Origin: an uncultured Mucilaginibacter sp. | GTDB lineage: Bacteria; Bacteroidota; Bacteroidia; Sphingobacteriales; Sphingobacteriaceae | DNA: 64,000 bases | Assembly: GCA_903866915.1 (NCBI GenBank) | Contig: CAIPPO010000220.1 | Location: forward strand, 4,574-68,573 | Direction: 5' to 3' | Shown: one piece after another, positions 47,601 through 56,872 of the stretch | How the letters are laid out: every line of letters begins with the position of its first letter | Numbering within the stretch: the first letter of the stretch is position 1 | Notes under the pieces: generated by a model | Databases searched by the model: none | Told to the model about the DNA's origin: nothing | What the model saw: the letters and a program-made list of their open reading frames with translations, nothing else | Program-made: the position numbers and the translations under genes

Positions 47601-47684
47601 TTTACTTTTTTTTTTAAAATCGGCAATCAAACCCGATTAATTAATGATTCCCCTCATAAAAGCAGCTTGGGTTACCCTTATTTT

Positions 47685-48845
47685 TTACGATTGGTGCTCC
47701 CCGTTTGCCCGGTAAACTTCGGTGCCTTCCAATACAATATCATCCACATTATCCACTACTTCGCGGATCTTGCTGTCGAGGTTTTTTACAGCATTTTCAA
47801 GCAATTCAAAATACGCTGGTGGTGCCTGGTAGTCTTCGGCCCTGATCAGGTCAAGCATGCCGGTTATGGTAGTCAATGGCGCCCTGAACTCATGCGCCTG
47901 TAAATGTGCAATTTTTAACAAAGATTGATTTTGCGCAAGTATTTTGTGTTCGCGGGTCTTACGGTCGCTAACATCGCGTATGATATAAGAGATGCCAATG
48001 ATTTCGCCATTCATATCCCTGGCGGTTTCAAACGATGCCTCCCAATAAATAATGCCGTGGGCGCCATAATCGGTCGAGCCTTCTTCAAAGGCTTTTTCGC
48101 CGGCCAGTGCCGTATTATATCCGACAAGAAATTTATTGACAAAATCCGGGGCAAGGAATTTTACAAGCATGGTACCGCGATTCAACTCCGCACCATGAAC
48201 TTTTTTGATAAAATTGAAGGCTACTTTATTAAAGTCAAGTACCTCGCCAGATCGGCCCAGCAACACATGAAAATTTGGTGCACTTTCAAAAAACGATCTT
48301 AGCGTGATCTCGGCAGATTTGATCAAAGTATTCTGCTTTTCGAGCGCCTGTGTGTTTTTTTCAAGTAATGCAGCACTGATACGGTATTCCATCAGGTTAA
48401 TTGTCTGTTTGGCCAGCATTTTAAGCATCAGCTGCTGGTGTTTATTCAGATTCCCTGGTGTGCAATCCAAAACACAAAGTGCTCCTATCTTTTCGCGGTC
48501 GCTGTTAACCAGGGGTACGCCGGCATAAAACCGTATACCCGGTGCGCCGGTAACTGTTGGGTTATTGTAAAAACGCGGGTCGCGGGTAGTATCACTAATG
48601 ATCATCAGTTCATCACCAAGAATGGTATGGGTACAAAATGAAATTGCCCGAGGCAATTCGCTTACTTCCGTGCCTTTGCGCACCTTCAGCCATTGCGTAT
48701 CCTGGTCAACCAGCGTCAATAACGCAATGGGCATATTGCAAATTTCAGAAGCCATTTGTATCAGCTCCTGGAATTCAGGGTCATTTTGGAGGTCGAGTTG
48801 TTTAAAGCGCTCTACAGCTTGCAGGCGATTCTCATGATCGGGCAT
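47685..48845 (-). CDS. GAF-PAS-HisKA sensor protein lacking the HATPase domain
   Basis: GAF (SFCTHTI..DTTRDPRFYNNP.V.G.PGIRFYAGVPL), PAS, H-box QAHEFRAPL, then a stop about 70 aa later. Confidence 0.85.
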   Translation of the reverse strand: MPDHENRLQAVERFKQLDLQNDPEFQELIQMASEICNMPIALLTLVDQDTQWLKVRKGTEVSELPRAISFCTHTILGDELMIISDTTRDPRFYNNPTVTGAPGIRFYAGVPLVNSDREKIGALCVLDCTPGNLNKHQQLMLKMLAKQTINLMEYRISAALLEKNTQALEKQNTLIKSAEITLRSFFESAPNFHVLLGRSGEVLDFNKVAFNFIKKVHGAELNRGTMLVKFLAPDFVNKFLVGYNTALAGEKAFEEGSTDYGAHGIIYWEASFETARDMNGEIIGISYIIRDVSDRKTREHKILAQNQSLLKIAHLQAHEFRAPLTTITGMLDLIRAEDYQAPPAYFELLENAVKNLDSKIREVVDNVDDIVLEGTEVYRANGEHQS

Positions 48846-48986
48846 TTCTAATTCCTATAGCTATTGAAGATGTTAGCTATTTAGTACGCTATCAAATAAA
48901 AAAAGGTTGTATTAATGGTCGCTGCTGGCTTTTTGATTTATTCCTGTAGGTTGTATCAAGTTTTAGAAATACCCGGAATACAGCTT

Positions 48987-49358
48987 TTATCGCATCGCCT
49001 TTTTAAACAGCTTGTCGAGTAAAATCGCTAGCAAAATGCCGGCTGAATAAGACAAAAGATCGCCCCATAAAAAAGTGTCGCCCAATACCATTCGTCCCAG
49101 AAATGTTTGACGCAGGCTGTCGATCCATGGAGCCTTATATAACTGACTAAATTCGATGGCATAACTGATGGAGATGCTACCGGTTGCAATGGCCCTTGCC
49201 AGGGCCCGGGTATAAAAAAAGCGCAGGATAAAATAGATCATTGCAGCCCAAAGCACATCGCCAACCCAAAGCGGGATAATGGAAAATTTACGCGAAAGTA
49301 AGCCTGATAGTATAATAACACCCGTGATGAAGCTATATTTCAGGCGCGTTTTCAGCAT
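48987..49358 (-). CDS. DUF2809 (YjgA-like) membrane protein
   Basis: GDVLWAAMIY, IEFSQLY..PWIDSLRQT.LGRMVLG..F.WGDLLSY signature. Start set at MLKTR. Confidence 0.82.
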   Translation of the reverse strand: MLKTRLKYSFITGVIILSGLLSRKFSIIPLWVGDVLWAAMIYFILRFFYTRALARAIATGSISISYAIEFSQLYKAPWIDSLRQTFLGRMVLGDTFLWGDLLSYSAGILLAILLDKLFKKAMR

Positions 49359-49359
49359 A

Positions 49360-50016
49360 TCAGTTACCAACCGGTATATCTTTAAACTGCTGTGGTGTAA
49401 GTTTGCGATAGCCCGGTGGCGCCGAAAATACCCCATCAGGAACCTGCCCGAATTTAATTTCTTTCAGCGTTGTTGTTACGGGTATGTCGTTTTGCTTCGT
49501 TGTAAATTTTAATGCGGCGCCATAGGTAGTGTCAAATGGCATCGTAAGGTAGTTGATTGGAAATGCCAATTTTTTGCTGTACCATATTGCTGACGTAAGG
49601 CCCGTTCCTTTATCCTCAATTTCATATTCCGAAGCATGGTATCCGGCAATAATTGCAGTATCTTTTTTTGCGGTGTAATGATAGCCCAGGGGCGCCGGCA
49701 ATAAAGTCGATTGTTCGGCTTTTGTATAATCTACCTGGTAACTGGCTGCAGATGAATGTAACAGCACCCGTAAAAAAGATGTTGGCTGATAAGTGATCAC
49801 GGTAGTAGCTTCATCTCCCTGTTGCTGGATGGTTACTGTTGAATCGCCTTTAAAATAAACGATGGCCTGTTTAGGCAAATAGGCAGCATAACGGCTCAAA
49901 CTATCCGGTAGCTGGTAACTGATATCGTAGGTTATCTTTCCCTGTTTTACTGGTTTGTTGCTGCATGCAGTAAATAATAGCGTCAGCAGGATAGCAAAAA
50001 TCAACGTTTTGTACAT
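49360..50016 (-). CDS. Hypothetical lipoprotein (GLPGLI/DUF4412-like)
   Basis: LFTAC lipobox; GKITYDISY; DTAIIAGYHA; IWYSKKL; VPDGVFSAPPGY. Start set at MYKTL. Confidence 0.65.
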   Translation of the reverse strand: MYKTLIFAILLTLLFTACSNKPVKQGKITYDISYQLPDSLSRYAAYLPKQAIVYFKGDSTVTIQQQGDEATTVITYQPTSFLRVLLHSSAASYQVDYTKAEQSTLLPAPLGYHYTAKKDTAIIAGYHASEYEIEDKGTGLTSAIWYSKKLAFPINYLTMPFDTTYGAALKFTTKQNDIPVTTTLKEIKFGQVPDGVFSAPPGYRKLTPQQFKDIPVGN

Positions 50017-50231
50017 AGCGTATTTATTATGGCGCAAATTTATTAAAATTTGCCCCCCGATCTTCATTCAAGCCAAATCGGTAACAGCCTGAAAAAAAAT
50101 ACATTAACAGACTTAACATTTTTAAAATCTCTTACGTAAAACAGATTCAATCACAAGAGACTGAACAACATAAAGCTTTTACTTCAGGCCTTTTACGTGA
50201 AATAAAACCAAATAATTTAGAGCCCTGTATA

Positions 50232-50735
50232 ATGAAAAGCATCAAAAAGCTGATAATGATCTTGTTAACCTGCGCAATAGGCGTATCGGCAAGCTATAAA
50301 ACATACGCTCAGCAGGAACATGTTCTCACCAAATTTGGTGATGACGTGGGTACTTTGGATGGAATTATAAAGGCTTACTATGATGTAGTAAGCGTAAAAA
50401 AAGGCGAGAAAGTAAGCTACGAGCGTGACAGCCTGCTGCATATCCCCGGCGTTCGTATAGGCTCGGCGGGTATCGATGCCAAAGGCAGCCCGGTATTGCA
50501 CTACACCACTTTAAAGGAATACCACCGCGAATCGGACGCCTACATGGAGCGTAACGGCTTTTATGAACGTGAAACTGCACGCCAGGTACACAATATTCGT
50601 AATATTTACCAGGTTTGGAGTTCATATGAATCGCGCTATACGCAAGACGGCAAAGTAATTGCCCAGGGTGTTAACAGCATCGAGCTATACTATGATGGTA
50701 AGCGGTTCTGGATATTAGGCTGGTTCTACGATTAA
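50232..50735 (+). CDS. Secreted hypothetical protein, NTF2/SnoaL-like fold
   Basis: Signal peptide; D..TLDGIIKAYYDVVS, GFYERE, VWSSYE, GVNSIELYYDGKRFWI pattern. Confidence 0.7.
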   Translation: MKSIKKLIMILLTCAIGVSASYKTYAQQEHVLTKFGDDVGTLDGIIKAYYDVVSVKKGEKVSYERDSLLHIPGVRIGSAGIDAKGSPVLHYTTLKEYHRESDAYMERNGFYERETARQVHNIRNIYQVWSSYESRYTQDGKVIAQGVNSIELYYDGKRFWILGWFYD

Positions 50736-50797
50736 ACCGCGCTGCCCCGTAACCTTGCAGTAAACAAAACGTAATAAGGCATATAAATACGCACAAC

Positions 50798-51145
50798 GTG
50801 AACATAAAAAGTTTTGACAGCATTCCGGCAAATAAGACGATCGAAAACGACTTAAAGCCTTTCAAGAAAACCGACGAACGCCCGGCAACATCACGCACCG
50901 ATCTTTTAGACGAGTTTGATTCGCTGCTTGCCAATCACCAACTCGATAACAAGATCACCAGGCGTTATCTGGGGCGCATCCGCCTGCCACGTTTGATAGG
51001 TGGCGTTCTTGGTGCTGCAATGTGTGTTGCGGCCGTCGTGATCGTTTTAACGCCGCCTGCCACACACGATAATACAGTAAGATACATTGTCGCCTCTGCC
51101 ATGTTGGTTTCGGGCGCATATATTGCTGTTCGCTTCGCTCTATAA
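50798..51145 (+). CDS. Hypothetical two-TM protein, first gene of the partner-switching operon
   Basis: GTG start; charged N-terminus plus two C-terminal TM helices; 21 nt before the next gene. Confidence 0.65.
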   Translation: MNIKSFDSIPANKTIENDLKPFKKTDERPATSRTDLLDEFDSLLANHQLDNKITRRYLGRIRLPRLIGGVLGAAMCVAAVVIVLTPPATHDNTVRYIVASAMLVSGAYIAVRFAL

Positions 51146-51166
51146 TCTATCCGAAGGAATAACGAT

Positions 51167-52306
51167 ATGTCGAGTCCAAATGCAAAAAGGGTATTACTGG
51201 TCGATGACAATCCCTTATTCCTGAAGATTATTTCTCATGCTTTTACGAAATCAGGATTCGAATGCGCCTCCTGTGCATCTGCCAGCGAGGCTATAGACTA
51301 CCTTAACCTCAATATTCCTGATGCCATCTTGTCGGATTATGAAATGCCCGAAATGAATGGCATCGAATTCCGTAAGGTTTTACTGAACCATGCCGATTTT
51401 AAGGATATACCCTTTGTTTTCCTGAGTTATATTACCGACAAAGACCTGATAGCTGAAGGACTCGATTTGGCAGCGGTTGATTATGTGGTTAAAGAAACCC
51501 CGGTTAATGTGATCGTTTCCAAGATCAGCAACCTGATTGACACGGTACAAAAACAACGGGAACTATCGGTACTGGAGATCAAAAAAGCTGCTCTGGCGCT
51601 TAATATTCGTACGGTTCCTAAAGTGGCCCCGTCCGTCGAAGGATTTGAAATCGATTTCTGGCACCAGGCTTACCAGGACGTACCCGGCGGCGATTTTATC
51701 GATTTTATCGAGGTGGATGAGCGGTACAGCTACATTGTATTGGGTGATGTAATGGGCAAAAAATGGGTAGCATGGTTTTTTACCTTCAGTTTCCTCAGCT
51801 ATATCCGGGCAGCTATCCGTTTCGGTATCATGAACCGCGATTTCTCCACAGCTGATATCCTTCAAAAAGTGAACAGCGTGATCTGCTATGATGATGCGCT
51901 CAAAGATATTCTTTCAACGATGTCGCTGATCATGGTTGATAAACAGGAACAGATTATCACCTACTCGGGTGCCGGCGACCTGCCAGCTCTGCATTATCAG
52001 GCTGAAACAGGCGAGATAGCCCAGGTTGATTCCTCGGGTTTGCTTTTGGGTTTATTTCCCGACGGGGGTTATACCGAGGAACGGATCGTGCTGAAGCCGG
52101 GCGACCAGCTTTATATCTTTACCGATGGACTGATTGATTACGAGGATAACGGCGAGAAAAAAAGCGACTATAACTTATTTAAAAATAAACTTTCACATAT
52201 GATAGCAGATGGCCTTAACTTTAAACAGATAAGGCAAAATCTGATGCAAAATTTGTCGCCGGCACTGGTCGACGACTGTAGTATTATCAATATCAGTAAA
52301 CTTTAA
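51167..52306 (+). CDS. Response regulator receiver fused to PP2C/SpoIIE phosphatase (RsbU/RsbP-like)
   Basis: Receiver VDDN...LSDYEMPEMNG; PP2C motifs GGDFIDF, LGDVMGK, FTDGL, DDCSII. Confidence 0.92.
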   Translation: MSSPNAKRVLLVDDNPLFLKIISHAFTKSGFECASCASASEAIDYLNLNIPDAILSDYEMPEMNGIEFRKVLLNHADFKDIPFVFLSYITDKDLIAEGLDLAAVDYVVKETPVNVIVSKISNLIDTVQKQRELSVLEIKKAALALNIRTVPKVAPSVEGFEIDFWHQAYQDVPGGDFIDFIEVDERYSYIVLGDVMGKKWVAWFFTFSFLSYIRAAIRFGIMNRDFSTADILQKVNSVICYDDALKDILSTMSLIMVDKQEQIITYSGAGDLPALHYQAETGEIAQVDSSGLLLGLFPDGGYTEERIVLKPGDQLYIFTDGLIDYEDNGEKKSDYNLFKNKLSHMIADGLNFKQIRQNLMQNLSPALVDDCSIINISKL

Positions 52307-52321
52307 AAAAAATAAATTCAT

Positions 52322-52666
52322 ATGATCACTGTAAATAATGAAGGGCCCAAATTTGTTGTCGCTGATGTAACCATCACCGAGGCTAACCTGAGCAATTCGG
52401 ATCAGTTCAAGGCCGAACTGGTTCGGCTTTTGGATGAACATAAAAAGATCATTATCCTCGACCTACAGGAATTGAAATATGTCGACAGTGCCTTCCTTGG
52501 AGCTTTGGTCAGTTCACTCAAATACGCCATCAGCCTTAAACTGGATATCGTACTGGTTGGCTTGCGCAACGATATTCGCGACCTGATCAAACTGATCAGA
52601 CTCGACAAAGTGTTCAAGATCTACAATTACGCCGAAGAGGCTCAGTTCGCTGTAAATAAGTTCTGA
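52322..52666 (+). CDS. STAS-domain anti-sigma-factor antagonist (RsbV/SpoIIAA-like)
   Basis: IILDLQELKYVDSAFLGALV with the phosphorylatable Ser; LIRLDKVFKIY. Confidence 0.92.
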   Translation: MITVNNEGPKFVVADVTITEANLSNSDQFKAELVRLLDEHKKIIILDLQELKYVDSAFLGALVSSLKYAISLKLDIVLVGLRNDIRDLIKLIRLDKVFKIYNYAEEAQFAVNKF

Positions 52667-53205
52667 TGCAAAACTGCGCGGAAAAACTGTGTTTCGAGTT
52701 CAACAATAATGCCGATAGGCTGGTGAGCTCGCTGGAATATATGCTCGAACACATTGCGGGCAATTTGCCGGCACGCGCCGATGCAGAAGATATCCTGTTC
52801 AAAAGCAAGGTGATCATCACCGAATTGCTAACGAACGGCATCAAACATGCAGGCAATAATAACACATCCTTTGAGATAGAAACCTATCCCGATTGTTTGA
52901 TTATACGCAAAACAGATCAGGGCGCGCCGCTTTACCTGGTAGAACCCGATCATCAACCCGCCCTTGCTGGGGATAATAAAAAACTGATCAGCGCTGATAT
53001 GCTGAACTCACTCTATGCCATCTGGGAAAGTGAGAACCATATCCGCTTTGCCAGCGAAGAAGGTACCTTCGACGAGGTTTTGCCCGTTGAACAGGTAATG
53101 GAACATTTTGGTATCCTCATCATCACCTGTTCGTCTGACGAATTTACCTATATCTACGATAAGCAGACCCATTCAAATACCTTCCGGGTACAACTGCTGT
53201 TCTGA
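52666..53205 (+). CDS. Anti-sigma factor / Ser kinase-like ATP-binding protein (RsbW-like), divergent
   Basis: N-box TELLTNGIKHA and G1 TDQG present; G2 box reads EHFGILII. TGATG overlap with the STAS gene. Confidence 0.78.
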   Translation: MQNCAEKLCFEFNNNADRLVSSLEYMLEHIAGNLPARADAEDILFKSKVIITELLTNGIKHAGNNNTSFEIETYPDCLIIRKTDQGAPLYLVEPDHQPALAGDNKKLISADMLNSLYAIWESENHIRFASEEGTFDEVLPVEQVMEHFGILIITCSSDEFTYIYDKQTHSNTFRVQLLF

Positions 53206-53352
53206 TCCCCGTCTGCAAACAAACTTCCCGAAACCATTTAACAAATCGTTGTACAATCTTAACATCCGGCAGCCTATATCTGCCTGGCTTCGTATTTTGT
53301 GATCATTATATTTTACCTTTATGCTAAGCCGACCCCACGTCAATTAAGCGTA

Positions 53353-55284
53353 ATGAAACCGAACAACTATTTAACATACTTCATGATTGCCCTGTTTATG
53401 CTGGCAGGCACCGGCCAGGTTTTTGCCCAGGCCGAACTGATGCCTTACGGTAACCTGAACGGGATTCGGATCAAAGGGCAACTGATGCCATTTGGTACCC
53501 GCATTGCAGTTGCCGGACCGGGTTGGAAAAAAGTCGGTTTTACCGCGAAGGAAAAGCAAAAACCTAAATTTGAACGCAAGGGCGATGAAGAGATCGTGAA
53601 TACCGATATCGATTCGCTGCATTTGACCGAAACGGTAAAAGATATTGGCAAGGGTAGTATAAAGCTTACCATAACAGTATCTTCCCATGAGGATACGCCC
53701 CTCGACGGAATTTATTTATCCGTTGGATTACCGAAGCTGGTATTTAATAACAGTCAGTTTAGCAGCGACGAAGGACCATTGCAGGTATTAACGAACTTTA
53801 GTCTGGAGAATGAACATCAGCTTGCTGCCTCCGCTATGAGTTTTTTAGCCCCTAAACAAAGTTTTTCAATTAAGTCAGATACCACGGCTGAGGTGCTTTT
53901 TAAACCCGAACGGGAGTTTATCCGCTTTTATTTGCCTGTACATTCCGGTAACGTGGTTAATGGGCAAATTTATAGCCGATCGTTTGAGATTCGCGTAAAT
54001 GGCGAGATTGATCAAACACCTGCTGTATTGCAACTTGACACCAGCAAGCATGGGAATGTATTTGCGGGTTTTGGCGGAAATTTCCGCTTGCAGAACCCGA
54101 AGGCCGACCCGCAAGTGATTGATTATTGCCTCAAAAACATGCGTGTGGCCTGGGGACGCGTGGAGATGCCATGGAGCGCCTGGCAGCCGGATACAACGGC
54201 CGCCCCAACAATTTTAGATACCGCACAATTAAATCCTCATGTGCGGAATGCGATGCTGATGGCCCGCCGTTTAGCCGATAAAAATATTCCCGTGATCCTT
54301 ACCGCCTGGTTCCCTCCGGAATGGGCCGTTGTTGGCAAATTAAATTTCGGGCCTACGCCACAGGGGGTATGGGGTAATCCGCTTAGCAATGCTGCCCTTC
54401 CCCGAATTTACAGGTCCATAACCGACTATATCCTATACCTTAAATCGCATTATGGGGTTGATGTAGCCTATTTCTCGTTCAATGAATCGGACCTGGGGAT
54501 CAACATCAGGCAAACCGGCGAAGAACATGATGACTTGATCAGGGGCCTCGGCGCTTATTTTAATTCGAAAGGCCTGAAAACAAAATTATTACTTGGCGAC
54601 AATTCCGACGCCAATACCTATGCATTCATCTATCCTGCCATGAACGATGCCCGGGCCAGGCCCTATATGGGCGCCATCTCCTTCCATTCGTGGCGGGGTT
54701 GGGGTACCGAAACTTTGAAAAAATGGGCCGATGCCGCCAGGCAGACCGGTCTGCCACTCATCGTTGGCGAAGGCAGTATTGATGCCGCCGCCTGGGAATA
54801 TCCTGCCTATTTTCAGGAACAGTCTTATGCGCTTGAAGAGATCAACCTCTATACCCGGCTTCTGGCTATTTGTCAGCCACTTTCTATTTTACAATGGCAG
54901 CTCACTGCCGATTATTCGCCGCTTAAGGGTGGTGGCATTTTCGGCGACAATGGGCCGATCGAACCTACCCAGCGTTTTTGGAACCTGAAGCAACTGGCTT
55001 CAACGCCTAAAGATCTTTATGCGATGCCGATCAGCAATACCTGCAATGATTTTTCATGCGCTGCATTGGGCGATAATAATACGAAGCAATACGCCATCCA
55101 CCTGGTTAATAACGGCACCGAAAGGGTAGTACGCCTCTCGGGTTTACCAATTTCGGTTAAAAAGCTGGATATATTTATTACCAACAGCCAATCGGCCATG
55201 AAGCACAAAACCCTCGTTGCGAAAGACGGCCTATGTGATTTTAAAGCCGACCAGCGGTCGTTTATCAGCCTCATCAGCCGATGA
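53353..55284 (+). CDS. Secreted clan GH-A-like glycoside hydrolase (GH30/GH39-like, family uncertain)
   Basis: Signal peptide; FSFNESDLG (putative acid/base), FHSW, IVGEGS (putative nucleophile); C-terminal beta-sandwich (AIHLVN). Start set at MKPNN. Confidence 0.65.
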   Translation: MKPNNYLTYFMIALFMLAGTGQVFAQAELMPYGNLNGIRIKGQLMPFGTRIAVAGPGWKKVGFTAKEKQKPKFERKGDEEIVNTDIDSLHLTETVKDIGKGSIKLTITVSSHEDTPLDGIYLSVGLPKLVFNNSQFSSDEGPLQVLTNFSLENEHQLAASAMSFLAPKQSFSIKSDTTAEVLFKPEREFIRFYLPVHSGNVVNGQIYSRSFEIRVNGEIDQTPAVLQLDTSKHGNVFAGFGGNFRLQNPKADPQVIDYCLKNMRVAWGRVEMPWSAWQPDTTAAPTILDTAQLNPHVRNAMLMARRLADKNIPVILTAWFPPEWAVVGKLNFGPTPQGVWGNPLSNAALPRIYRSITDYILYLKSHYGVDVAYFSFNESDLGINIRQTGEEHDDLIRGLGAYFNSKGLKTKLLLGDNSDANTYAFIYPAMNDARARPYMGAISFHSWRGWGTETLKKWADAARQTGLPLIVGEGSIDAAAWEYPAYFQEQSYALEEINLYTRLLAICQPLSILQWQLTADYSPLKGGGIFGDNGPIEPTQRFWNLKQLASTPKDLYAMPISNTCNDFSCAALGDNNTKQYAIHLVNNGTERVVRLSGLPISVKKLDIFITNSQSAMKHKTLVAKDGLCDFKADQRSFISLISR

Positions 55285-55395
55285 TTGCGGAAATTACACA
55301 AAGTAATTGCGTAGATACACGCTGGCAAACGCGTAACAGCCCTGCTGTATAGTTTTGAAGGCAAGTTTAGTTTTGGCTGATCAAATCGTAAAGCC

Positions 55396-55827
55396 ATGAA
55401 CAAGCTTACCTATATCGACAACAACCAGCTCGACCATTTTATTTTAAGAAAAATATTGTCGAGGTACGGCATCCCTATCGAGGTAAAATCGACCGAATCC
55501 TGCAAAGAGGTGCTTAACCATTTGCTGCAGCAACGCGCAAACAGCGAAATTATGCCCGATATAATTTTTCTGGATATTTATTCGGCCGAGTTTGATGCCT
55601 GGGAGTTTTTGGATAAACTGCAATTATTATACCCTGCCCTTGCGAAGCCGATAGAGATCTACATCCTGTCGGCCATGCGCTTCCAAACCGATCTTGACCG
55701 CCTGAAACAATATGATCTGGTGAAGGCTTTTATCATGAAACCGATCACCAAAGAAGTGCTGCAACAACTGCTGAAACAAAGAGAATTACCGGAAAACCGT
55801 TTTATGCTGATAGAAGCCCTGAATTGA
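55396..55827 (+). CDS. Single-domain response regulator (receiver)
   Basis: YIDNN, PDIIFLDI (phospho-Asp), IYILS, FIMKPIT. Confidence 0.82.
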   Translation: MNKLTYIDNNQLDHFILRKILSRYGIPIEVKSTESCKEVLNHLLQQRANSEIMPDIIFLDIYSAEFDAWEFLDKLQLLYPALAKPIEIYILSAMRFQTDLDRLKQYDLVKAFIMKPITKEVLQQLLKQRELPENRFMLIEALN

Positions 55828-55856
55828 CACATCGCTTTGTACGCTGAGCCCTCTCT

Positions 55857-55877
55857 CTCTGTGCCCTCAGTGGTTAA
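55857..55877. repeat. Single arm of the ACCACAGAG-type repeat
   Basis: CTCTGTGCCCTCAGTGGTTAA closely matches the right arm of the element at 60901-60993. Confidence 0.6.
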
Positions 55878-55894
55878 ACTCGCCTACTATATAC

Positions 55895-56806
55895 TCAATC
55901 CTTCTTCCCCGTTAAATTGATCAGCACAATACTGGTATGCCGGATACCTAATGTGCTTCCGGGTGTTACCTGTACATAGCGTTCGACATAGCCCGCCAGG
56001 ATGGCTTTAATAGTTTTTTCATACGAAGCTGCAAACTCATGATCATAGGGTATTTGCGACTTTCGGAATAGTATTTTTCCTTTATCATTAATATAGGCCG
56101 AAAACGCATAGGCAAAATCTTCGTAGGCATGATGGATGGTAATATTATACTCGGGGTACAGGTAATCTTCCGAAGGGTCCATATCCGATAACGGGTCCTC
56201 GGTTTTTACAACCCGTTCGGCAATGACATAGGGACTACTGCTTTTGATCGACACCGGCTGCCTGGCCGAAAAGCCGCTATCCAATATGCTATTTGCCAGT
56301 TTGGAGCGCTGGCGGATATAGGCCGTATCTTTGGCACCGGGAAGCCCCATCTTTTTAATGGTTTCAGGGTTTTTGTTTTTTAGGTAAGCATCAGCATAAA
56401 AGGTCATAAATACTTTTGAACCCTCATCATTCAGGATGATCTCGCGTTTGTCATTTACCCGCAGCGATTGAAATACCAGGCTGTCAGCCGACATTTTTCG
56501 CAGCACCAGCCAGGAATCGATCATATTGAAGATCTGGTCGTGGTCGTAATACACATGAAACCCATAGTACCTTTGCTTTTTTGGACTGAATACTTGAACC
56601 GAGTCGTTCGAAATAAAATGAAATCGCCAAACCGGTTCCAACTGGTAACCCTGCTTATCAAAAACCAGTCCGTCGCTAAAAACCCGGCGTACCTCATTAA
56701 AATGAATATCCTTTACCTGATCAAAAGGTAAACCGTATTTCCTATGGCTACATGAGATTGCTGTTAGAAAAAACAGGCAGAGCAAGGGCAGGCGGGTATG
56801 TTTCAT
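55895..56806 (-). CDS. Hypothetical lipoprotein
   Basis: TAISC lipobox; 303-aa ORF with coding-like composition; no family recognised. Start set at MKHTR. Confidence 0.75.
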   Translation of the reverse strand: MKHTRLPLLCLFFLTAISCSHRKYGLPFDQVKDIHFNEVRRVFSDGLVFDKQGYQLEPVWRFHFISNDSVQVFSPKKQRYYGFHVYYDHDQIFNMIDSWLVLRKMSADSLVFQSLRVNDKREIILNDEGSKVFMTFYADAYLKNKNPETIKKMGLPGAKDTAYIRQRSKLANSILDSGFSARQPVSIKSSSPYVIAERVVKTEDPLSDMDPSEDYLYPEYNITIHHAYEDFAYAFSAYINDKGKILFRKSQIPYDHEFAASYEKTIKAILAGYVERYVQVTPGSTLGIRHTSIVLINLTGKKD

Positions 56807-56872
56807 AGAATATCGGCCCAAAATAGTTAAAAAAGGACAATTTTTGATAAATTCACCCTCACAAGCTTAACT

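Noticed and set aside
55396-55827. Pseudo-receiver call for the lone response regulator
   Set aside because: The acidic pocket is altered (IDNN), but the phospho-Asp (LDI), Ser and Lys-Pro are retained, so inactivity is not supported.
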